Assembly: GCF_001194135.2 (NCBI RefSeq)
Contig: NC_068990.1
Location: forward strand, 88,551,180-88,615,179
DNA length: 64,000 bases
Direction of reading: 5' to 3'
Source of the DNA: Octopus bimaculoides
Lineage: Eukaryota
The notes under the pieces were generated by a model. That model saw nothing but the letters and a program-made list of their open reading frames with translations, did not search any database and was not told the origin of the DNA. Below, one piece after another: positions 41,701-55,060 of the stretch (the stretch's first letter is position 1; each line of letters starts with the position of its first letter). The position numbers and the translations under genes are program-made.

Positions 41701-44549
41701 CCCACCCCTTACATGAATGAAATGTAAAGCTAACACGGGCTGGATTTGGACTGGAAACATGAAGAGCCTGAATGCATAACATAAAGTATCTCTTCTAATA
41801 CTCTAACTAGTATTCATGGATACGTTTAATATAAAAATTAGAATGATGATGAACTCCGCTTGAAAGTTGGATCTTTATCTCAAACCAATTGAAAAGCCTG
41901 ACTAGCAAAGACTACCATGATCAATTAATATTCGTTGACCTTTAGGTTTTATTCTCTGTGGGACCAATCCACTCTCACATCACTTTCGACAATTTCCCTA
42001 GAAGTGAATATCTTCTTCTCCATCCCCATCTTCTTTATAATCAAGTATAATCTGATGCCTGGTTCAACACTGCCGCATGACCCTTTAGGTGGGCGTGGCA
42101 AATGTGGTCAAGAATACATGGTCAATGATAAGGTGTCTATTACAGATGCAAACATTCACATTGAGCCGAAGATGCTCTGGTTGGACAGGGATGATATGAA
42201 TCTCACAAGTGTAGGATGGAGGATGCCATCAACACTTTATGGAATTGCTGTTTCTGTCATGATTTGCTACTTAAGAAATAAAAATCCAAGCTCATTTTAA
42301 TTAATCATGTACTTATTATTTAGGTACATGGCAAACACAATTAGAGAAAGCTATGAGGTTGTGTGATATTCACATCTTTCTGAAGGGCAATAATTGTCTA
42401 TGTAAAGTGGACTGACTTAGATTGAGAATCAAACCCAGATCATTGATTCACACCACTCAATTCATATTTATATTAAAAGAACAAGTGGGGAAAAATACTC
42501 GCATCACTTTCTGCATGGAAAACAAATAGCCGTGTGTTTATGGAAGTGCATTTACAAGTATGCAAGCTTCTTGTTATTCTTTCTGAAATTTTATTAATGA
42601 CCTTCTCATTGGTCCACAAAATGTGCACCGATTTTTTGGAGCATAGTCTGCATCTTTTGGAAAGGGCATTCTGTAGTGGTGCATATCTTATTATGTACCA
42701 AGTCAGATTACATTTGATCATATTATCTTTAATTTGCCACACAAGTACCAACATCACTGGGATGTCTCTTGGCATGCTAGTAAATGACCATTCACACAAT
42801 ATAGTGGATACAAATTAGCATAACCGTTGACAAATTATTAATCACAGTTTACCTAACTGTATGGATGAATAACCACAATCTCCTCATTCTTAGAAACACC
42901 CCACCACACAAGTTACCAACACCACTGTGATAACTCTTACCCCTTGCATACTGCTTCAAGAGAGATAAAAGCCAACTTGGGCCTGTCAATATATATCGCT
43001 ATCCAAAAGATGAAAACACAACAAACCTACAAGTAACTGCACTGGATATCCTAAACCTGGCATTGATATTTTCTACAGGTTATTAGTTGTTTTATTAGCC
43101 AGTGAATGTACATTACCAGAAAACTACCAGGTGTATACCATACAACTTATAAACTACTAACAACATTTATATATAGTTAAGAATTTATTATCACAAATAT
43201 TGGTAACATCAACAATAATTATAATTATTCTTGCTAATGATGGATGGAAAGAATCTGTAGAGCATCAGAAAAACTATGTTGGGTATTTTTTCTGGACATA
43301 TATACTTTTGAGTTCAAATCCAGCTAATGTCAACTCTGCCTTTTCAGGCCCATTAAAATAAAAAATAAAAAAAACAGTCAAGTGTAGGAGTCAATTTAAT
43401 TGATTAACTTCTACCTCAAATTTTTGTCATTTTTCTATGTTAGAAATCATTGTTATTTACATTTGTCTCAATCTTCCTTTCATTCCAGTTTCTAAGATCT
43501 ATTTTGTGAAAGTAAAAGGTGCAATTCTGGATATACCTGGAAAAACTTTGGGGAGTAAGAAAAATGTAACAGCAGATGTCTGTGCAGAAAAATGTTTGTC
43601 TGACAAAAATTGTTTATCATTTGAAATAAAGGGAGAAAGTGGAAAATGCTATTTATCACAGGAAACTGCAGCTTCCTCCAAGAAAATAAAAGCAGCCAAA
43701 ACCAAAGATTACTACCAACGAGTAAATGGTAATTATTCTTTCTGTTTCTATTTTCTAGTTTTGCTGAAATTTGTGATTCCATTTCTATGTCATAATACAT
43801 TCTGTTCCAATAGAACATCCACTTTTAAGTGGGGTTAGATATTATTTCTTAATATATATATATAGAACTGACAAGTTTATCTATAACCACAGACATAGAC
43901 ATGTTCCTAAAATAAGCAACTTTTGGAACTGTAAATACTATTAGGGCATTCTCGTATTAGAGAGGGAGCACCTTTATTCAATCTTTTATTCAACTTAAAT
44001 ATCTCAATGAACATGACTAGGAACCTTTTATCCTGTATTAGACACCATTTCTCAGGCACACACACAAGTATCACAAGCTTATGAATGTGCATAGGGTTAA
44101 AGTTTGTTACTCTTCCAGCATTGTATGTTACAACAGGAAATGCATACACATATCCAGCTTTTATTCAAGATGCCTACTTGTAACTGTCAAAATCCATCAA
44201 GCTCTCTGCTGGGAGAACTCTACCTTTTTATGTCAGTGGTATATAGGGCAACTTTCACTCCAACTGATGGTTTCCCAGTAAATTACATGAGATTTACAGC
44301 CAGTGATTTCATGGAAATTTCACTCAGCCTATATACTCTTTTAAGTTCATGTACAGGGAAAAGTCCACCTCAGTGTACTGTTTCATTTGGATTCTACCCA
44401 GCATAATCTGAAGCTTACTCACCAAATCCTAATCTTTTTCTACCAGAACATTTAATTGCAGTCTTTGTCTTTCTAATCCATAGAAGATGAAAAACACATA
44501 CACAATGTGTACGTATACAAGTGGGGGAGATGAATATGTGTATGTATAG

Positions 44550-44582
<33 letters not shown>

Positions 44583-46964
44583 ATTGCATATGCATATATA
44601 TGTATAGCTATGTAGTTGTGTATATTTTCTCGTATGTATCTGTATTGTTTTTGAGACTTTCCAATAAGATTTTAGTCAAAGTTAAAAGCTTGTTCTTCAA
44701 CAAAATATTTACCTTCAAACATTCCTACTTCTCAGCCTACATACATGTAAATGTGCATATATACATGCATACTTTCATATGTTTACGTATGTATTAATAT
44801 GTGTATTCAAAAGAACTATGTAAGGCCAAATTGATTCACTGTCGCATGAGTGGATCCTTTAGCCAAAAATGAAAGCACCAATTTGGCAGAAAACTCTTGG
44901 CACTTTGCTTGCCTAAATGTTATGTACAATTTGTACATAAGGTGTCACAACCAATCATTGTAAGTCCAATTTCTTAGGTGACTAATGAACAACCAGCTGG
45001 GAAGAAGGGGATGTGGGCTTTTCTTTAAGATTAAATGGTTTCAACAACACTTGACACATTGGCTAGCCATTTGTTGGTCCGCACTTAGACAATACTAAAT
45101 TAATCCATTAGAAAAAAGGATATACAAATGATACTCAACTTAAATTTTGAAAGAAGATTTCAAATGGTTTGTTAAAACTCACATGAATTCCAAGTTGTCA
45201 TTTTGCAGATCAATTATTTGTTTATAATAAATTGTCCATTTAAAACAAATTATGCACCAAATGCTGTATAATATTTAATGTGTTTGGGAGTATAAAATGT
45301 TTTTCTTGTTTTCTTTCTTTTCTTTTCTAGCTGATGACGATATTTTAAAATTTAAAAGCACTATCATACCAGGAGAAGATATATTTAAACGGCTGAAAAA
45401 TGTGACCTTAAAGGAGTGTGACCATGCTTGTCATCAAACTCCAGGATGTAACTCTTATGAGTATAAGGAACGAGTTATGTTCTGTGATCGAAGTAATGTG
45501 ACTCACTTGACTCGTGACCTTGAACATAACGAAGATGGTTGGGATACTTACGTCATTAACCCAGGTCAGTAAAATGTATTCATTTCATTTTATTATGCAT
45601 GTGCTTGTAACATGTGTTCGCTCCCGTGTAAAAAAAGAGTTCTGTTACGATGAAGTAGAGAAATTTGAAAAGACAACAAGAAACCGGTTATTTCTCCAAA
45701 NNNNNNNNNNATATATATACAGCTATATATATGTGTGTGTGTGTGTGTGTTAAAAAAAAATTTGTATTTATACCTATGTGCAAATTATTTTAGCTTCACC
45801 CAATACCTTTCATTCTCCTCATTTTCACCCTCTTCATAACATACAACTGATATCAATTTCTCTTTTCAATTTCAGCTTATGCAAATATTAAATGTGGACC
45901 TCCCAAAGATATTGTTGGTACATTAAAGTCCTACAAAACCACTGCCTATAATTCTGAAGTACTCTATACTTGCCCAGATGGAATACAACTAAGGTCAATA
46001 TGTCAAAAGCACAACAAATGGACTCCAGTAGCATCTTCCTGTAAAGGTAACATAAATCCTTTCCTTCCTATTGCCTCTAAGTAATTTTGTTAAGTTTTTC
46101 TGTTAAATGCCTTTGTCAAAAGAATACTGGCTGGCTCCATTACTATTTCCGTGGTGTTCGCAGCTGGTGGGAGGGAGAGAGGAAGTTATCCTCAGACCAG
46201 AGATTTCTTCAGAGGCTTGCAATGTAGTGGATTCCATTAATATTATTCAAGTGCCAGATAATGCTATTAAATATGGTGATAGATTAAGTTTCCTGACAAA
46301 GAAATTGAAGGCTAGAAACTTGTCACCAGTTAGCTTCCAAAAAGTTTCCATCCAGTAATTTTCATCCACAAGGATTTGTTGTGAAGCAGATTTTTAACCA
46401 CACACACAAAACTCTACCCAATACTTCACTGTTGTTAAGTAAACTTATTAGCTATACTTCACCTCATCTTGATACATTTTGCTCTTAATTTCTAACGTGA
46501 TCTTTCTCACCCATATTTTATGTCATCATCCAAAACTCAGTACAANNNNNNNNNNNNNNNNNNNNNNNNNNNNNNNNNNNNNNNNNNNNNNNNNNNNNNN
46601 NNNNNNNNNNNNNNNNNNNNNNNNNNNNNNNNNNNNNNNNNNNNNNNNNNNNNNNNNNNNNNNNNNNNNNNNNNNNNNNNNNNNNNNNNNNNNNNNNNNN
46701 NNNNNNNNNNNNNNNNNNNNNNNNNNNNNNNNNNNNNNNNNNNNNNNNNNNNNNNNNNNNNNNNNNNNNNNNNNNNNNNNNNNNNNNNNNNNNNNNNNNN
46801 NNNNNNNNNNNNNNNNNNNNNNNNNNNNNNNNNNNNNNNNNNNNNNNNNNNNNNNNNNNNNNNNNNNNNNNNNNNNNNNNNNNNNNNNNNNNNNNNNNNN
46901 NNNNNNNNNNNNNNNNNNNNNNNNNNNNNNNNNNNNNNNNNNNNNNNNNNNNNNNNNNNNNNNN

Positions 46965-46996
<32 letters not shown>

Positions 46997-49272
46997 CATA
47001 TATTAAGGATTATTTTTATGTTCAATTATAATAAAAACAGTTTTACATTAATCTGATGGGTTACCCTATACTTTTGTAGGGTACAAATTTATTCTTATAC
47101 AAAAATGTTGTTGAGCAACATTGAAGTTTCAGCCAGCCAAGCCTTTGTTTGATGATGGCTTAGCAGGCTGAAACCTCAAAATCACTGTCAACAACACTTT
47201 TCTAGAAGAATAATATATATGTATATATATTAATATTTTTGAGAAAATGAAATATTGTTTAGAATGTGGAGGAAAAGAATTTTCATTTATATTTACTTAC
47301 TAGATGAAGATGAAAGTGAAATTATTTTAGTTCTTCAATGAAAAACATTCTAAAATCAGTGGAGTGATGCCTTGACTAGCCATATTTAGTTACATCCTTT
47401 TACATTCTGGGCTCAAATTCTACCAGGGTGTACTTTGCTGAGGTTGATTAAACAAGCACTGTTCAGGATCTGTGGCCCTGTGTTTAAGTTAGAAACCATT
47501 ATCATTAATATTGGAGACTTCAACAATAATTATAATTATTCTTGTTATGGGTACTGGATTGACAGAATCATTCAACCGACAGACAAAATATGTTATGGTA
47601 TTTGTTCTGGCGATATTATGTTTGAGTTCAAATCTTGTTGATGTTAACTTTGTCCTTCTTATGTCAATAAAATAAGCTGTCAGTCAAGTGTAGAGGCTAA
47701 TTTAATTGGCCAGTTCTTACCTAAAAATTTGGCTTACTTTTTATGTTAGGAATTGCTGCTGTTGCTGTTGTATTTCATTGACCTAAATGTTACTTTACCT
47801 TTAGATCCTCTGGTCCAGTTTGTGAAAATAAAAGATTCAGCTCTGGATGTACCTGAGAAAACCTTGTTGGATAAGAAAGATGTAACAGCAGATGAATGTG
47901 CAGAAAAATGTTTGTCTGGCAAAAGTTGTTTATCATTTGAAATAAATAAAGAAAATGGAAAATGTTACTTATCAAAGAAATCTGCAGCTACCGCCAAGAA
48001 ATTAAAGGCAGACAAAGACAAAGATTACTACCAACGATTAAAGTGTAATTATTCTTTGTATTTTATTATTGGAATTCTCTTTTCCATTATTTCTGAAATT
48101 TGTGATTCCATTTGTACTTTCAAACCATATAGACCCCAATTTCTATAAAGACATTGACAGGTTTACCTATGAGGCCAGATATACACACATTCTAGAAATA
48201 AGCAATATTAGAAAATATAAATACTGTTAAGACATTCTCACACAACTTTTATTTACCTTGAACAATTTGATGCATATTTTTAATTGTTTTTATATGTAAG
48301 AAAGGAAATTCTTGTTGTTTTTCTTCAGCCTCAGTAGTAGTAGTATTAGTAGTAGTGGTGGTGGTGGCATTAGCAATAACAGTAGCTTTTTCTTCATTTC
48401 TCCATGTTAGCATCACTTAGTACTGTTACAACACAATGTCTTGGCTCTAGTTTTTGTCCTTCATTATCCAGTATTCAAAATAACAGAAAATGTAATGCCA
48501 ATTTATGTAGTTGTATATTTCCTAGATTTTCCCATGGTTAATGTAGCAAGATACCCTTCCTACCACCAACCATTATACTAAATGAAGTGAGTATAGTTTC
48601 CCCATGTGTGTGCAGAGTGATATATTTATTTCTGTTTAACAAATCAGAGAAATGAAAATGGAGCAACAAACATAAGATCCCACCCTTGGGCAAGGACAAA
48701 ACACAGATTGACATACACACACACACACTTATGTATACATATATGTACATCTACAGATCTATCTTCTTAAGCTTAATTAAAATATAGTTTGTTTTTAAAA
48801 TACAAAAATTAATTATACTTAAATCCAATTTTTTGCCTTATCTATATTTTTTCAACTTTTTTTATACAATTTTTTTTTTTTTTGCATGGAACCAAAGCTA
48901 TGAAATTCCTCATGCTTTATTCTATCATTGAAGCAAAGATAAATATATTTTGCTTTTAAAAGTTATTTAGATCTAAATGTGATTGGTGGCATTACTTACT
49001 CTCCTATAATGTTACTACAAATTTTGGTGTAAACTTTTTTCTATTGGACCATATCTCAATTTTTTAATGCCAAAATGTAGCTAGGGACCAGTCCTCTTCG
49101 AAAATGTTAACAGTTTTCAATTTAGTTAAGAACTAAATTAGCGACAAACTCTGGAAGATGCTGCATGTGTGTAAATTGTGGCCTTAAGAATATTTTTCAA
49201 CTACTACCATAGTTGGATGATCAACTACTACCGTAGTTGAATGATATACATCCACATATAAATATACCCAGA

Positions 49273-49322
<50 letters not shown>

Positions 49323-52300
49323 NNNNNNNNNNGTGTAAATATGCACACACACATATATATATGTTGGGTCATCCCATAAATAATATGGTTTTTTTATAAT
49401 TCTTTTATTTTTCAAAATTAAGATAAAGTTATTTTTTAATCTAAAATATACTCTCTTTCATTTTTTACAATACTCTTCCATTTTATGATGCTCTTTATCT
49501 GATAGACTTGCAATGCTTCTCTTCCAAAATTCACCTATTCACGTCGAAAAATACTCCTCCAATACTGTTCTGACCTTGTCTACAGAATTCTTATTTTTCC
49601 CATCAAAATGATTTTGAAGGCTGCAGAATAAATGATAATCAGACGGGGCAATGTCCAGCAAATATGGTGGCATTATAAAATTATTTTCTTTTATTGTTTA
49701 ATATGTTTCAGTCATATGACTGTGGCCATGCTGGAGCACTGCCTTCTAGCCAAAGAAATTGACCCCTGCACTTATTCTTTGTAAGCCTGGTACTTATTCT
49801 ATTGGTCTCTTCATCTGCAGAGACATAAACAAACCAACATTGGGGAGACAAACACAGACACCAAAACAAACACATAAACATATACATATATATACAAAAG
49901 GCTCCTTTCAGTTTCTGTCTACCAAATCAACTCACAAGGCTCTGGTCTTCCTGAGGCTATAGTAGATGACACTTGCCCAAGGTGCCATGCAGTGGGATTG
50001 AACCCAGAATCATGTGGTTGAGAAGTAAGTTTCTTACCACACAGCCTAAAAAAATCATGTACCACATGCTTTTCAATATTTAATACATGTGTGTGATGCA
50101 TGTGATGTGTGTTTGTGATTGGTCAATAAATGACTATGAAATATATCTCTTGTGTTTTTCTTCCTTTCCAGTTGATGACAAGCCTCTTGTGATGAAAAAA
50201 GTTAGCGTACCAAGAAATGCTACTGTAGAAGAGCTTGAGGATGTGAACTTAAAGGAGTGTAGTGAAGCTTGCAATCAATATCTAAGATGTAACTCTTATC
50301 AGTACAATGAGCATGATAAGATATGTGATCTGAGTAATGTGACTCAGTTGAGTGATGAACTTAAACCCAACAATGGAAGCTGGGACATATACATAGTTAA
50401 CCCAGGTTAGTAGAATGTTTCCACCTTGTTTGTTGTGCACATGTCTGTGTGCATTTATATATACATATATGTATGTGTATATGCAAGGCAGATGTTAAAA
50501 GATGATGATGATGATGATCCAGGTCAGTAGTGTGTTCCCATATTATTTATTGTGTGCATATCTGTGTGTATGTATATATACATATATATGTGTGCGTATG
50601 CGGAAAACAGACATTAAAAGATGATGATGATGATATATATGATGTCTGATCAATAAGTATCCGGACTGGTGCTATAAAAACAAAACTATAATACATACCA
50701 ATTTTGAATTTAATCTCCTTTAAAGTACTCCCCCTTTGGAAGCCACACACTTAATCCAGCGCTATTTCCATTGATGGAAGCATTCCTGGAACTCCTTTCC
50801 TCTGTTAATCAGCAGTTGCCACGTCACATTCACATGGATTTCCTCAACATCTTGAAATCTTCTTCCTTTCAAGCAAGATTTGAATTTTGTATGAAGTTAC
50901 TGCCCTCATTAGGAAAAGATTTAAAACACCATTGCTTTAAAATTTTGAGTTCAGATTTATCAACTGTTAAATCTAAAGCTTTTTCATGCTTATAACAAGA
51001 ATTTTGGATGTCTATAAAAACTTATTGGATTTAGTTGGATTGAAATGCAAGCTAAAATTAGGTTACGCTTCACATTTTGCAAAGCAAGTGTCAAACATCC
51101 AAGAAATCACAAGCATAATATGAGAGCTTGAACTAAATCAAGTTCTGGCCAATGTAACAAATTTATTTTGTCTCTTTCTGCCACATCTGCTTCCTGTGAG
51201 AAACCACTTTCTTCATTAAAGCAAGAAGATAATTATATGACATGTTCTGAAAGTGAAGAGAAATTCAGTAATTTGGTCTTCATTTCCATGAATAAAAGAA
51301 CTTCTGAAGATGAAGGAAGAGCGTGGTGCTGATACATTTTAAACCAAAGTGATCGATGAATTTGTCAATAAGAAATGAAGAAGTAAACTCATTTACCAAT
51401 AAATTTTAAATAGCTCATTATTTTTAGGTTCTCTTGTTTTCTCAGATTTCTCTTTTAAACAATAATAGTCATCATGGCAATCCCTTTACCAGGGTATTGT
51501 TAATAGGGAAACATCAAATCTAGTGGAGAGGATATCAAGCTTGAAGTGTACCCTGTTAGTAGAAGTGCATTTTCACACATTAAGATTAGTTTATACAACA
51601 TTCAGCCTTTGGTGAGGAGGACAGTAATATACTCCTGACCCTCTTTTCACCTTGAGAATTGGCCTGCATTATGAACTGCATGCTCTGGTTTCCAAGTCAC
51701 CCTTCATCACTGGTATGTGTGCGTGTGCATGCAAATGATTCAGTTTTCTTTAGTCAATAACTTTTACTGCAAATTTGTTACTATCTCCTCATTCTCCTTT
51801 TTCCTCCTGTCATAAACTCAAAATTGATATGAATTTCTCTCATCACTTCCAGTTGTCACAAAAATTAACTGTGGAGCACCAAAAGATGTTGCTGGTGCAT
51901 CTAAATCCTATAGTACTACTACCTATAAATCTGAAGTGATCTATACTTGTCAAGATGGAGAAGAATTAAAGGCAACATGTAAAGAAAACAAGAAATGGGC
52001 TCCAGAAGTGTCTTGTAAAGGTAATGTAAATAGGTTCTCTCTTTTTGGCTGTCTCGGTAATTTTGTTTTAGCCTTGTGTTCAATTTCTATGTCAGAGGAA
52101 ATCTGATAATGTCCATGAAAATTTTCATTGTTTGTCACTGCTTGGAGGGTCAGAAATAGTTATCCTCAGACCAGAGACCATCCTAAATGCTTGCAACACA
52201 GTTGGCTTCATTAAAGATATTGAAAAACCAAATAACGGTATTAATTTGGTTGATGGATTAAGTTTGCCAAACAAGAGCAGTATATGAGGTAGTGTGTTCT

Positions 52301-54995
52301 CTCCAGCAGGTTTCTGCATAGTTCCCTTCCACCAAATTTCATTCAGAAGCTTTACTCATGAAACAGATTTTTGACCATGCATCCATAAGTCCAGACAATA
52401 CCACATTTTTGTTAAGTAAACTTATTACTTTCACAGCTCTACCTCAGCTAACCAGTTGCATACTGGGGTTGATCTAATCGACTGGCCCCCTCCCCAAAAC
52501 TTTCGGGCCTTGTGCCTAAAGTAGAAAAGAATACTTATTTACTTGATGATGAATGTGAGATTATTTTAGTTTTCCAAGACAAAACATTGCAAAATCAATG
52601 TAGGCATGGGTGACAGTTTTTTCCATCACTAGTCATACTAGTTAAAACATTTCACATTCTGAGTTCAAATCCCATCTAGATGTACTATACCTTTCATACT
52701 TCTCTAGTCAAGTAGAGAGTTTTGCTCATTTTAGTGTACCCTCACTGCAGAATGTGTTATCATGAATATTGGTAACATCAACAATGATTATAAATATTTG
52801 TTTTGGTGATGGATTGAAAGAATCATCAAAACATCAGATGAAATGTGTTGTATTTGTTCTGGCTCTTTGACATTTGAGTTCAGATCTGGCTGATATCAAC
52901 TTTGCTTTATCAGAGCCAATAAAATAAAATACCAATCAAGTATAGGGGCCAATTTAATCAATTAGCTCCTACCTCAAATTTTTGTCCATTTTTCTACATT
53001 AGAAATTATTGATGTTGATGTTGTTGTTTCCATTTGTTTCAATCTTACTTTAATTCTAGCTACTAAGATCAATTTTGTAAAAGTAAAAGGTGCAATTCTG
53101 GATGTACCTGGAAAAACTTTGTGGAATAAGAAAAATGTATCAGCAGAAGCCTGTGCAGAAAAATGTATTTCTGACAATACTTGTTTATCATTTGAAATAA
53201 CGAAGAAAAGTCAAAAATGTTATTTATCAAAGGAGACTGCAGCTTCTATCAAGAAAATGAAAACAGCCAAAGACAGAGATTACTACCAACAAGTAAAACG
53301 TAATTATTTTTTGTGTTTCTCTTTTCCTCATTTTCTGAAATTTGTGATTCCATTTGTGCTTCGTAGTTTATAGAAAACCATTTCTGAAAAGATATTGACA
53401 GATTTATCTATTGGGACAGACATAAACACATTCCTGAAATAAGAAATTTTAGGAACTATAATTACTGTTAGGGCATTCTCACACTACATTTGTTTAGACT
53501 GAACACTTTTATGTATTATATTTTCAATTGGTTCTTTTTTGTGTATAAGAAAGGAAACACTTGTCATTTTCTTTAAACATGAACAGTAGTTGTAGGTGGT
53601 GGTGTGGTTTCAAATTTTAGCACAAGGCTAGCAGATTTGAGGGAAGTTTTAGTTTAAACCACCATCCACAATTCTTCACTGCTATTATGTTGTATGGAAG
53701 GATGAAAGGCAGTTATCCCTGGCAAAGTTTGAATTTGAAATGTTTGAGATATGTAGCAAGGTAGCATGGCATTTTCCTCATCATTTGTTATTCTCCTCCA
53801 TAATATGATGTATAAAATAACAAAAAATGTAATGCTAATCTATTTAGTTGTGTATTTCTGATATGTTTGCATCCTTTTTATGGTTGGATGCCCTTATCAC
53901 CAACTGTTTTACCAAACTTCTGCCTTATTACTAGATGGTCAGGCTGGTTAAATTGCTTGGGGCTTACTTTGGTCCAGAGAAATGAGAAATGAGATGGTGA
54001 TGAGCAATGTAACCAGTATCTCCCAGACATGAGAGAAAGCTAAGCCTGAAAGTTCGGGCAGAAGTGGTAAACTATTACATCAACTTCATCAATATCTTTT
54101 TAAATATTTGAAAACCATCTTTTTCATTATTTTCTAAAAGGATTATTTAATATGAAAATACAGTCCGTCCACAAAATTATTTTTCTGCCTGAGATATCCT
54201 TCTCAGAATTAATGTAAATTCTAGTACATCATGAGACACACATGGAACCTTGTCTCACTGTTTTAGGTTGTAGATAATACATTTGCACACCCCTCTTCTG
54301 ATGGTGTGCTGTTTTTAAAGAATAAATTACCAAAAGGATACTTCACATGCTGGTTGACCATCTTTTGAACTATGTTCAGATTCTACAAAAAAGCACACCA
54401 TTAGATAGGAAGGCACAAATGGATTACATGCAACTTATTGAAAGAAGGTTTCAAATGAGCCTGAAGATGTTCTACATTCACATGAATTCTGACTAAATTG
54501 TCATTTTGTGGATCAATTATTTGTTTATAATGCAGGTATGTGCAACCCATACCTGCATGGATAATGATGACCATTTAAAACAAACTGAAAGATGAATTCT
54601 ATATAATATTTAATATGCATGTGTGAATATAAAATGTCTTTCTTGTTTTCTTTCATTTCTTCTTTATCTAGCCGATGATGATGTTTTTACATTTAAAAGA
54701 ACTGCCATACCAGGGCATGATTCACCTGATCGGATTAAAGGAATCAGTTTAAAGGAGTGTGATCGTGCTTGTCTTCAAATTCCAGGATGTAAATCTTATG
54801 AGTATCATGAACAAAAAAAATTCTGTAATCCATCTAATGAGACTCACCTGACTTATGACCTTAAACCCAACAAAGATGGATGGGATATACATATCATGAA
54901 CCCAGGTCAGTGGAGTGTAATTCATTTTATTTTATGTGTGTCTGCATGCATGCATGTGTCTACATATACCCATATGTATTATATATATGTTTATA

Positions 54996-55060
<65 letters not shown>

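Noticed and set aside
41935-43100. ORFs at 41935-42300 and 42473-42799
   Set aside because: No splice context or paralogues in the other units; probably decayed LINE pieces, but not assignable with confidence
49895-50046. tRNA-like sequence on the minus strand
   Set aside because: It is the head of a SINE running into a CORE-like motif, not a complete cloverleaf
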